From positions 1,216 through 65,215 of the forward strand of contig ONEW01000008.1 of assembly GCA_900316935.1 (NCBI GenBank): a stretch of DNA of 64,000 nucleotides, read 5' to 3'. Shown here piece after piece: positions 30,344 to 38,428 of the stretch. A model generated the notes under the pieces. That model saw only the letters and a program-made list of their open reading frames with translations, ran no database searches and was not told where the DNA came from. A program made the position numbers and the translations under genes. How positions within the stretch are numbered: position 1 is the stretch's first letter; the number at the start of each line of letters is the position of its first letter. Source of the DNA: an uncultured Selenomonadales bacterium. GTDB lineage: Bacteria > Bacillota > Negativicutes > Acidaminococcales > Acidaminococcaceae.

Positions 30344-30751
30344 CTACAGGTCCCAGGGGCGGTATACCCTGTCATCCCGTTTCTGCTGCGCCCTCTTCGA
30401 AATGTAGGAGCCGGCGCGGACGGTGTAACCCTGCCGTTTGACGAGGGCTGCGATCTGGTGGCGGAAAGGGCACGGGCCGTGATGGAAATTGTCCGACACG
30501 ATGCACGAAGCCAGATGGACGACCACCTCATCCTTCGGCGTCCCCTCGCGCTCCAGCAGTTCTGACAGGCGGCCCAGCTTGGCGTTTACACTGTGGCCGC
30601 AGCAGCCGCCGCACGACATGGTCATATAGCGCGTGTCCGCCGGATAGCCCTCAAAACACCCCGTTTTGAGGTAAAAATCATGGGTACACCAAAACCCCGG
30701 GCAACGCTGCAGGGACTGGTCACATTGGATGATGACGACCAATTGGGACAT
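30344..30751 (-). CDS. CGGC-domain Cys-rich protein
   Basis: IIQC...RCPGFWC, SCGGCCG, HLASC, HHGPCP. GGAGG RBS before ATG 30751. Confidence 0.8.
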   Translation of the reverse strand: MSQLVVIIQCDQSLQRCPGFWCTHDFYLKTGCFEGYPADTRYMTMSCGGCCGHSVNAKLGRLSELLEREGTPKDEVVVHLASCIVSDNFHHGPCPFRHQIAALVKRQGYTVRAGSYISKRAQQKRDDRVYRPWDL

Positions 30752-30915
30752 GACATAACCTCCCCGTTTATTCGGAACGCCTTTCCGGCACGAAATACCG
30801 GCACGGCATTCCGCAAATTGAAAGTTTACGAAACAATCCGGACAAAGCGGACCGTTCCCTTCTATTGTAGCCAAAATCGGCGCCGTTGAAAAGCCCTGCA
30901 GGAAAATCCGCAACC

Positions 30916-30946
30916 AAAAAAAGCCCGGTCCGCGCACGGGCCGGGC
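30916..30946 (-). terminator. Intrinsic terminator (minus strand)
   Basis: GCCCGGCCC-GTGCGC-GGACCGGGC-T7. Confidence 0.75.
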
Positions 30947-31000
30947 AATCACGACATTCCAACATGGAGGTTGTTGATTAACATCTGCACCAAGAAATCA
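30916..31000 (-). ncRNA. Candidate small RNA with an anti-Shine-Dalgarno (ACCUCCA) hairpin loop
   Basis: Stem GAUGUU-AA-UCAACA/UGUUGG-AAUGUC (30985-30953); its G-U pairs work only on the minus strand. Followed by a terminator. 5' end uncertain. Confidence 0.4.
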
Positions 31001-31170
31001 GGGAAATTGCTATGCATGGGAAAAATCCCGACAATCCGCCGGTGCCGCGCGGCACGCACCGAAACGCGGAATCGGCTGTGCGCCGGCAGGACGGCGGACT
31101 GCTTGAAACACAAAAAGAGATACTGTTAAAAACTTCCGAAAAAATTTGCGTAATACGGAAAGAGGCAGTT

Positions 31171-32130
31171 TCAGCACCGCCTGAAGAGGATGGTTGAAAA
31201 AGGGCGGACTACGTCCGTATCCTTCGTTATATTCACCGTATCGCCCTGTATGACGACACGGTTGGCAAAAACAGCGCCGTTCACGGACGCGCCGTTCCGG
31301 ATATACAGTGTCCCCTCACAAAAGATGAGGGCTTTCGCAAAATGGACTTCCTCCCCGATGACGAGATCCTCACCGGCGATAATGACGACCCGGTCGGGGA
31401 ACCCGCTATGGTCCTGGAAGATGCCCGTCCTTTGAAAGACCAGTATGCCTGTACCGGTCACGGTTCCGTTCCCTTTCACATTGTAACGGTCCCGGATAAA
31501 GTACATCCTGCGCATCGGGATTCCATCTTTTGCCATGTCACTACCAGACGTAAAGCCGCCCTCGACCCAGTTCCGGAATGAATCGACCTTGAATTCCGGA
31601 AAGGACGCGCCACATGAGCTTGCATACAGCACTCCATTCTTCGCGAGCGTCTCCGCGCCAGATACACTTCCCCGCACCGTCAGCGGTACGAGGGAAGCCT
31701 GCCGGCAGATAAGTTCCGGTAAACGCATCAACAGGTGATGTACCGTATACGCGTTCCCGTCGGCATCTGCAGCAGATGCATGCAAAAGACGAAGCCCCAG
31801 GGGCGTATACCGTTGTACCGCGGTATATGCTCTGACTTTCCTGCCACCCGGGTACAGTTCCCCCAAGGGCAGTCCCAAGTCCGTCAATGGTTCCGTCTTT
31901 TCCCGCTCCAGTTCCCGCAGCATCAGGGAATTGGCAATCACTTCCAATTGTTCCCGGTAGAGGTCCTCCTGCCAGGCCCGCCCTTCGTCCCGCAGCATGA
32001 GTGCCAGGGAGAGTGGTACCGCGCTGAGAATCAGGCACGCCACAAGCAGGGAGATCCCTATAAAACCGTCACAACCGGCCGGCCCGCTTCGAAAGAAACG
32101 GGAACCGGACTTTTCAGGAAACCTGTACAA
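31171..32130 (-). CDS. Pseudopilin-like protein (ComGG/PilX position) with a C-terminal beta-rich domain
   Basis: G|FIGIS prepilin-like site plus hydrophobic helix; last gene of the pilin operon. Confidence 0.6.
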   Translation of the reverse strand: MYRFPEKSGSRFFRSGPAGCDGFIGISLLVACLILSAVPLSLALMLRDEGRAWQEDLYREQLEVIANSLMLRELEREKTEPLTDLGLPLGELYPGGRKVRAYTAVQRYTPLGLRLLHASAADADGNAYTVHHLLMRLPELICRQASLVPLTVRGSVSGAETLAKNGVLYASSCGASFPEFKVDSFRNWVEGGFTSGSDMAKDGIPMRRMYFIRDRYNVKGNGTVTGTGILVFQRTGIFQDHSGFPDRVVIIAGEDLVIGEEVHFAKALIFCEGTLYIRNGASVNGAVFANRVVIQGDTVNITKDTDVVRPFSTILFRRC

Positions 32131-32632
32131 CCGTACCGTTCAGGGAAGCGAGGACTTCGCGGAAGGTACGCCGGCGTCCGCAGACCCGGTCTTCCAGAGT
32201 CAGTGCCACTTCCACTTCCTTGTCTGACAATTTGCGCAGTTTCCAATTTTTGACCAGGACATCCGTATCCGAATTCGGGACAATTCCGATATCTTTCCCG
32301 AACTTCCGGATGCCGCGATACAGGGTGCCCCGCCGTACATAGAAACTGACCATGGTGTGTTCGTCCGACCGGTGGCATTGCACCGTCATCGAAGCGTCAG
32401 CCCGTTCCGGATCACCATACAGGAAGACCTGCACGCTCTGGTCGGATAGTTCGCTTTTTACCAGACTGAGAGAGTATCGTGCAGCCCTGTACAGCCGCAG
32501 ATCCGACAAAACGAGGGACCCGCTCCGCACCAGGGACTGGAAATGGTCCAGGACCACGCAGGGAAGCAGTAAAAGGAGAAACAGCACGAGCTGTACCTGA
32601 AGCAGGATGAAACCGGTTCTTTCTTTCCTCAT
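32114..32632 (-). CDS. Minor pseudopilin (ComGF/PilW-like)
   Basis: RTG|FILLQ plus hydrophobic helix; overlaps its neighbours. Confidence 0.6.
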   Translation of the reverse strand: MRKERTGFILLQVQLVLFLLLLLPCVVLDHFQSLVRSGSLVLSDLRLYRAARYSLSLVKSELSDQSVQVFLYGDPERADASMTVQCHRSDEHTMVSFYVRRGTLYRGIRKFGKDIGIVPNSDTDVLVKNWKLRKLSDKEVEVALTLEDRVCGRRRTFREVLASLNGTVVQVS

Positions 32633-33042
32633 TCTTCCTCCCTTTCTGCAGCAGGCCGTCCCCGCCCCGCATGGAATTCCATACGGTTGGCGACTACCTT
32701 GCCCCTTGCGTCCCGGACCAGGCGGACCTGCAGGAGATGCGGGCCCGCTTCCCGTTTTTCCCCGGTGACCGTGTACCCGGAGGGGAGCAGTGACCCCTTC
32801 CCTTCCTCCGGAATCTGCGGACTTTCACCGGCCGTGCCGGATAAGCTTGGCAGACTGCCGTCCGGATAGGATAAAACGGAAAAACACTGTGCCAGTTCAT
32901 TGTGCCATATCATGGCCTGCGTCGTGCGGTACAGACAGGTCAGTACGGAAGCGGTCAGCAGCATCAGTGCCGCCGTGACCGGCAGCAGTGTCAGCAACAC
33001 AAACCCGCTATTCCGTTTTTCCCTTTGTCCATGCATATGCAT
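32629..33042 (-). CDS. Minor pseudopilin (ComGE-like)
   Basis: RNSG|FVLLT plus hydrophobic helix. Confidence 0.55.
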   Translation of the reverse strand: MHMHGQREKRNSGFVLLTLLPVTAALMLLTASVLTCLYRTTQAMIWHNELAQCFSVLSYPDGSLPSLSGTAGESPQIPEEGKGSLLPSGYTVTGEKREAGPHLLQVRLVRDARGKVVANRMEFHAGRGRPAAEREEE

Positions 33043-33056
33043 ACCGCAGTGACTCC

Positions 33057-33545
33057 TTACCAGTCCGTTACCTTGATCCGTCCTGTAACGGGTTGGATTT
33101 CCACTTGTTTCTTCAGTCCCGGGAATCCCTTCATGGCCAGCGTAAAGATACCGCTTTTGCGAGGGGATCCCTGGGTCGTAAACTGGATTTCCCGGAACGG
33201 CACGGACACAAAATACACCGCCGTGCCGTAATCAGCCAGGAAGTCCCGCCGCCGCACCTCGTTCGTACCACGTAAAATTTGATAGCCGTTGCTTTGGTCT
33301 TTGTACAGGTAGATGCCGGCGGCTTCCCTGGCCGGACGGGACCGGAAAATACTGTCCGAGCGGATCTGCTGCAGGTCGAGCACGAATCCGTTCGTCACCA
33401 TGTCGAGCTGCATCCGCGCCACGTGGCGCAACAGACCGCCATACCCCAGGGTCAGCAACCCTGCGAAAAGGGTAGCGACGGTCACGCCTGACAGCGTTTC
33501 CAAAAGGAGATAGCCGCCCCTCCCGTCTTGTTTTTCTGACATCAT
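33057..33545 (-). CDS. Minor pseudopilin (ComGD/FimT-like)
   Basis: RGG|YLLLE class III signal; C-terminal VEIQPVTGRI resembles FimT/GspH ends. Confidence 0.68.
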   Translation of the reverse strand: MMSEKQDGRGGYLLLETLSGVTVATLFAGLLTLGYGGLLRHVARMQLDMVTNGFVLDLQQIRSDSIFRSRPAREAAGIYLYKDQSNGYQILRGTNEVRRRDFLADYGTAVYFVSVPFREIQFTTQGSPRKSGIFTLAMKGFPGLKKQVEIQPVTGRIKVTDW

Positions 33546-33586
33546 TTCACAATCATTTCAATGTCATTGTTTTGTGTAACCTGCCG

Positions 33587-34018
33587 TCAGGGATTGCCCG
33601 GCTCGTTCGTCCCATTCTTCGTTCCAGCAGGAATGGCGTTGGAATTGATTTCCTCACCAGCCGAATTCTTGCCGGTGATAGAATACTTTTCGCCGTCTTT
33701 ATTCAGTACCAGCGGTTCATTTTTAGCATCCTTCAGGTCGCTGTTCTTCAGATAGTCCGGGAACAGGGCCTGCAAGTCAGGTGGCAAAGTGCCTTTATCC
33801 AGCTTGTACAGGGCGACGGCCTGGTCGGCGGTCATCAGGTCATTCTTCAATTTGGCATCCCGGGCTTTGGCCCCGGCGCCGTCTATGGACGGTATCAGCA
33901 TGGTGGCCAGAACGCCCAGGATGACCGTTACGGCAATGACTTCAATCAGGGTGAAGCCGCCGTTCCTCTTTTTCGTCCTTGAAGAACGAAACAATCTGTT
34001 TTTACTGTTCTGCAACAA
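33587..34018 (-). CDS. Major type IV pilin/pseudopilin (ComGC/GspG-like)
   Basis: NGG|FTLIEVIAVTVILGVLA, canonical N-methylation motif. Confidence 0.88.
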   Translation of the reverse strand: MLQNSKNRLFRSSRTKKRNGGFTLIEVIAVTVILGVLATMLIPSIDGAGAKARDAKLKNDLMTADQAVALYKLDKGTLPPDLQALFPDYLKNSDLKDAKNEPLVLNKDGEKYSITGKNSAGEEINSNAIPAGTKNGTNEPGNP

Positions 34019-34033
34019 AAGATCCCTCCGGTC

Positions 34034-35236
34034 TCATTGATATGCCGGCATCTGCGTCATGACCGAAAACAACGGCGATATCATGACGGCGATGGCCGCG
34101 AAGACCACCGTTGCGATGATCATAACCAGGAGCGGCTCCAAAATGGTCTTGAGTTCCCGGATCCTCTGCATGAGTTCCTGCTCGCGGATCTCAGCCGCTT
34201 CCGACAGCATTTGGGACAAGTTGCCTGAGTTCTCGCCAATCCGGAGGAACTCCAGTGTCACATGGCTGAACAGATTGCCTGCCTGGGTTGCTGACGCGGC
34301 GATTCCGAGGCCGCGGAGGATGCCATCGGCAAACCGGTCCGCCTGCAGCCGCATCTCCCCGTCTTCCACCGTCCTCACCGCGAGGCGTATGGCTTCAGGG
34401 AGCGCGGTGCCGCTCCGGAGGAGCAGGGCCAGCATCTTTACGAACCGCACCTCCAGATAGGGGCGGTGCAGCCCGCGGATACCCGGCAATCTGCAAACCA
34501 GGGATACGAGTTCCTTCCGTTTTTGGTATAGGGCTTTTCCGGAAACGATCAGGACGGCCGCAAGAGCCAGAAAGTGCCGCCCTACCAATCGCTTCAGGAA
34601 AAGCAGATGCCGCAAAAGCTGTGTTTCCGGAACACCCAGGGATGCGTACAGGGTCGTGAACATCGGGAGCAGTTCCACGCTGAAAAAAATCACTGTCGCG
34701 CAGGAGACAACTATCAGAAAAGCAGGATACGCCAGGATACTGCGTACATATTTGCACAATTTGTCTTGCCGCCTGTAATAATCGGACAATGCCTTCAGCA
34801 CTGCATTCAATTCGCCTCCCAGCTCACCAGCTTCGACAACGGCGATGCTTTGGGGGGGAAAGACGCGCGTCTGTTTCTGCATGGCGCCGGAAAGCGGAAG
34901 GCCCTTTTTCAGACCCGCACTCAGACGGCGGGAAACATCACAGAGCTTTACGTTCGGTCCGGAACTCATCACATCCAATGCCTGCGCAATGGAAATTCCT
35001 GCTTCCAGCAGCGTGTAGAGCTGCTGAAAGAATTTGGCCCTTTCTTTGTGGTTGATCGTCTTGCCGGCAAAAAAGGCGGAATCCCTCCAGGAGGACCGCT
35101 CCACCTTTTCAATTCCGATGACATAGCCATAGTTCGCACGGACGAAGTCAGCAACTTCCCGTTCCGAGTCCGCAAATATTTCTCCGGAACAGGTTTTGCC
35201 GGCGGTGCTGCGGGCCCGCCATCGGAACTGCCGCAA
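34034..35236 (-). CDS. Type II secretion/type IV pilus platform protein (ComGB/PilC/GspF family)
   Basis: FFQQLYTLLEAGI, VEAGELGGEL, LAYPAFL, IGENSGNL, LEPLL. AAGGAGGTG RBS, TTG start. Confidence 0.92.
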   Translation of the reverse strand: MRQFRWRARSTAGKTCSGEIFADSEREVADFVRANYGYVIGIEKVERSSWRDSAFFAGKTINHKERAKFFQQLYTLLEAGISIAQALDVMSSGPNVKLCDVSRRLSAGLKKGLPLSGAMQKQTRVFPPQSIAVVEAGELGGELNAVLKALSDYYRRQDKLCKYVRSILAYPAFLIVVSCATVIFFSVELLPMFTTLYASLGVPETQLLRHLLFLKRLVGRHFLALAAVLIVSGKALYQKRKELVSLVCRLPGIRGLHRPYLEVRFVKMLALLLRSGTALPEAIRLAVRTVEDGEMRLQADRFADGILRGLGIAASATQAGNLFSHVTLEFLRIGENSGNLSQMLSEAAEIREQELMQRIRELKTILEPLLVMIIATVVFAAIAVMISPLFSVMTQMPAYQ

Positions 35237-35302
35237 TGTGTCTCACCTCCTTTTGCCTTTCCAAGTATCACGATACCAGAGAAGGCCGGGAAAAGATAGA
35301 GT

Positions 35303-35317
35303 AATTTTCGGAAAATT
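35303..35317. promoter_or_regulatory. CodY box
   Basis: AATTTTCGGAAAATT versus consensus AATTTTCWGAAAATT (one mismatch); about 65-80 bp upstream of the pilus operon start. Confidence 0.65.
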
Positions 35318-35325
35318 GCAAAAAG

Positions 35326-35418
35326 TTATCCACAGATTTGCCATTTTTTCCTTTTTTTTCGCAAAACGCAGGTACGACCCCCTTTTTTGGCCCTACTTAT
35401 CCACAACCATGTGGATAA
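35326..35418. repeat. Cluster of three perfect DnaA boxes
   Basis: TTATCCACA at 35326-35334 and 35397-35405; TGTGGATAA at 35410-35418. Confidence 0.75.
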
Positions 35419-35618
35419 ACAGGACCACCCCCTCCGTACTTCCAGCCCGTCTGCACGGCGCCCTCTCTATCGGCAGCGGCTTTGTGGGCTCCGGGTGAAA
35501 TTTACAAGGGGAAGGCTGCCACAATTCCTTCATCATGTTCCATGAGCGGTTCCGTCCGGACTTCCTGCAGCAGGGCAAGTTCCGCCGCTGTAATCTTGCG
35601 CTCATCCATAGCCATCAT
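35393..35618 (-). pseudogene. Truncated/frameshifted gene remnant after the SDR
   Basis: GAGGAGG RBS overlaps the SDR stop. 38-aa ORF 35618-35502 (MMAMDERKITAAELALLQ...); another frame continues to ...EGVVLFIH and ends in the DnaA boxes. Confidence 0.4.
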
Positions 35619-35623
35619 CCTCC

Positions 35624-36418
35624 TCACATCTTGGAGCAAAAGACACGGCCACAGGTATATCCCCCATCGACGAACAGGTTCTGCCCGACAATAAACCGCG
35701 CTTTATCGCTTGCCAAAAACAATACGGCATCCGCAATTTCGGAAGGTCTTCCTGTACGGGCCGCCGGTATCATGGAAATCTTTTCTTTGTGTTCCGCTTT
35801 GGCAACCGGTGTATTCAAAGACTGCAGCAGGGCCTCTGTTTCAATCAGCCCCGGCCCTACCGCATTGACCCGTATGCCTTTGCGAATCCATTCCAAAGCA
35901 AGCCCTTTAGTCAACATCACCACTGCCGCCTTGGAAGCCGCGTATGTCACAGCTCCCGGCCTGGCATTGGCTGCCGCACCGGATGAAATATTGACAATGC
36001 TGCCTTGCTTTCCAAAAGCAACCCAATACCGGGCCACTGCTTGGGCCATAAAGAAATATCCTTTCACGTTCAGGTCAAATATGGCATCCCATTCACTTTC
36101 TTCCAGATCCAACATAAACCTGGACGGATAGATACCGGCATTGTTCACCAGTACATCAAGCGTTCCCATCGCGGCAGCCGCTTGTTTTACAATGGTAGCA
36201 GCGGCGACCGGTGCTTGCCGCAGGTCAGCTGTCACGCCGTACACTTTCGAAGGAAACTTCCGTTTCCAGTCAGTCATCGTCTGTTGCAGCAAGTCCGGAT
36301 TGAAATCTACCAGAAATACAGCAGCGCCATTTTGCAAAAACTGTTCCGCAATGGCTTTACCGATACCTGCAGCCGCACCTGTAACCAGTACCCCTTTTCC
36401 AGCAAAGGAAATCTCCAT
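35624..36418 (-). CDS. SDR family NAD(P)-dependent oxidoreductase
   Basis: VTGAAAGIG, VNNAGI, YAASK, NAVGPG, VDGG. Lower GC than its flanks. Confidence 0.92.
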   Translation of the reverse strand: MEISFAGKGVLVTGAAAGIGKAIAEQFLQNGAAVFLVDFNPDLLQQTMTDWKRKFPSKVYGVTADLRQAPVAAATIVKQAAAAMGTLDVLVNNAGIYPSRFMLDLEESEWDAIFDLNVKGYFFMAQAVARYWVAFGKQGSIVNISSGAAANARPGAVTYAASKAAVVMLTKGLALEWIRKGIRVNAVGPGLIETEALLQSLNTPVAKAEHKEKISMIPAARTGRPSEIADAVLFLASDKARFIVGQNLFVDGGYTCGRVFCSKM

Positions 36419-36651
36419 CTCCACCGCCTCCTCAATTACAAAGCACACGCTTCACCCGCAATTTAAAATCCCGGGAACCAACAGTAATGGTTGCGCATCT
36501 GATGCCCAAGCTTAAACATTATAATATTATAACTTTAACTTTAATTTTAATGTACTATTGTCCTCGAAAATGTCAATAAAAAATAAAGTTACTCTGTCTT
36601 TTCACAGACGGAATAACTTTATTTGTTTCGGTTTTTACAACTTATATTATT

Positions 36652-37353
36652 TTATCTTGTATACTGTACACGATATTTCCAGTGTTGCGTTTCTGTATAA
36701 TATGTCATGTATTCATACATCTTTCCCAGCGCATCGTATGCGCTCCGTCTAATATGAAGAAGCGGCGCTCCGACAGGCAGGTCCAGCTTGGCTGCCACAA
36801 TCTTGCCGGCTTTGACAGCCCCGATCTCTTCCCGGACGGCATAAAGGTAAAATCCCTGCCGGGCCAGAAACATGGGCATGTCTTCTATGTCGCCGGCTTC
36901 TTTCACAGCTTCCACGGACAAATCCCGCACATAATGTACCAAGTATTGAAACGGATGGTTATTCATGATTCGGACCCGTTCTACAAGCACCACTTTTTCA
37001 TCCGGTGCCGTTTCCAACAGGTTTGCCACCTTCGAGGGCGGCACGATTTCACGAATTCCGATCACTTTACAGACCACCTTGTCCGACTTCTTCATCAGCT
37101 CCATGCGAAACCCGCCCAGCACAGCCGACTGCCAGCTGTTACGGTTTGCCACGAAGGTGCCCTTGCCGGCTTTGCGGATAATGAGTCCGTCATTTTCAAG
37201 CCGCCCCAAGGCCTGGCGGACCGGGGCGCGGCTGACGCCATATTCTTTCTGCAGTTGCAGTTCCGTCGGCAGCAGGCCGTCTTCCTTGTATATGCCCGTT
37301 ACAATCTTTGCTTTTAAATCCGTATAGATTCTGGCATTCAGCGAAACATCCAT
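36652..37353 (-). CDS. GntR family regulator (HutC/UTRA type)
   Basis: LPTELQL...YGVSRAPVRQAL...GKGTFV wHTH; UTRA-like C-terminus. Confidence 0.9.
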   Translation of the reverse strand: MDVSLNARIYTDLKAKIVTGIYKEDGLLPTELQLQKEYGVSRAPVRQALGRLENDGLIIRKAGKGTFVANRNSWQSAVLGGFRMELMKKSDKVVCKVIGIREIVPPSKVANLLETAPDEKVVLVERVRIMNNHPFQYLVHYVRDLSVEAVKEAGDIEDMPMFLARQGFYLYAVREEIGAVKAGKIVAAKLDLPVGAPLLHIRRSAYDALGKMYEYMTYYTETQHWKYRVQYTR

Positions 37354-37542
37354 CGTTCTAATCTGACCCTTCTTATAATCTTCTTGTATTTGATTATAAC
37401 AGATTTTACGGTTTAACATAACTGTTTTCGTGAATCCGTATCCTTTTCGCTATTTTTCCTTGTTATGGATGAAAGACTGGTGCGTGCGCATAAAAAACCT
37501 GCCATCATACGATGGCAGGTCCCTTGTCTCGTTATCGGGGAT

Positions 37543-38307
37543 TCATCGGGACGTATTCCTCCTCACTGTCGGGGCGGACGCGGCACTTTTACCCGTTTCC
37601 CCGGCTTTCCCCTCTCCGGTGCCCCTGCCGCTGGCGGCAGACGTGGCAGCGGGGTCGCCCAACGCTTCCGGGTTCATCAGCCAGCGCCGTACGGAAATGT
37701 AGTAGGCGTGGTACGGTTTTCCGTCCGGACCCTTGACCAGGGCCGGGTTGCGGTATGATTCGTGAAGCTGGATATGCATGTCGCCCTGTTCCCAGTCGAA
37801 GCTGGTGAACCGGTACTGGAGCTGCTTGTCCTTCGTCTGGAAACTCTGCACGGACGGAGCACCGTTACGGGGCGGCCCGAAAAGACCTGTCAGGTTTGTG
37901 ACGGCATCCTTCATGAATGACTGTGCGATTGCCTCGTCATCCGTCTGGAACAGATATTCCAGGCTCTGTATTTTGCCGTAGTGCAAGCCGGCGTAGATTT
38001 TTTCATCCACATGGTTCACGACAGGCTGCGATGTGATGTCCACGACTTCATCCAGCTCAATGCGCTGCGGTGTCTCCTTGACGGTCCGCCACTGCTTCCG
38101 TTTCCCGGACAGGCGTTTGCGGAACACCTCCACCGGGTCCGTGAGCTGCACTTTGTAGAAGCCTTCCGGCACGGTCGTGACCGCCGTCAGCGCCGCCTGG
38201 TAATCAGCGCCGCCTTTCGCCTGGGCCGGCTGCGACGCCAGAATCAGGAATGCAGTGAAGAAGGCTGTCAGGACGGTACCCAGACGGCCTGTGCTATGGT
38301 GTTTCAT
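37543..38307 (-). CDS. Exported hypothetical protein
   Basis: Signal peptide (AQA|K), AAAGGAG RBS, terminator at 37492-37520. Confidence 0.68.
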   Translation of the reverse strand: MKHHSTGRLGTVLTAFFTAFLILASQPAQAKGGADYQAALTAVTTVPEGFYKVQLTDPVEVFRKRLSGKRKQWRTVKETPQRIELDEVVDITSQPVVNHVDEKIYAGLHYGKIQSLEYLFQTDDEAIAQSFMKDAVTNLTGLFGPPRNGAPSVQSFQTKDKQLQYRFTSFDWEQGDMHIQLHESYRNPALVKGPDGKPYHAYYISVRRWLMNPEALGDPAATSAASGRGTGEGKAGETGKSAASAPTVRRNTSR

Positions 38308-38428
38308 GATACAGGCTCCTTTGTATAATTGACTGGTTTTACAGTTTAATTATACCTGCCGCAGCCTGCCTGTTCTGCAAACTTTTTGTTACAAGCAGGA
38401 AGGATTTTCCGCCTGCCTGAGGCAGCGT

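Noticed and set aside
30971-31129. 52-aa plus-strand ORF after GGAGG
   Set aside because: RBS-to-start spacing is only 0-3 nt, no motif, and the GGAGG is better explained as the complement of the hairpin loop.
31132-31147. Second CodY box downstream of the pilin operon
   Set aside because: About five mismatches to the consensus.
35326-35418. Chromosomal replication origin (oriC)
   Set aside because: No dnaA, dnaN, rpmH or gidA context, only three boxes, no clear unwinding element, and no switch in gene-strand bias.
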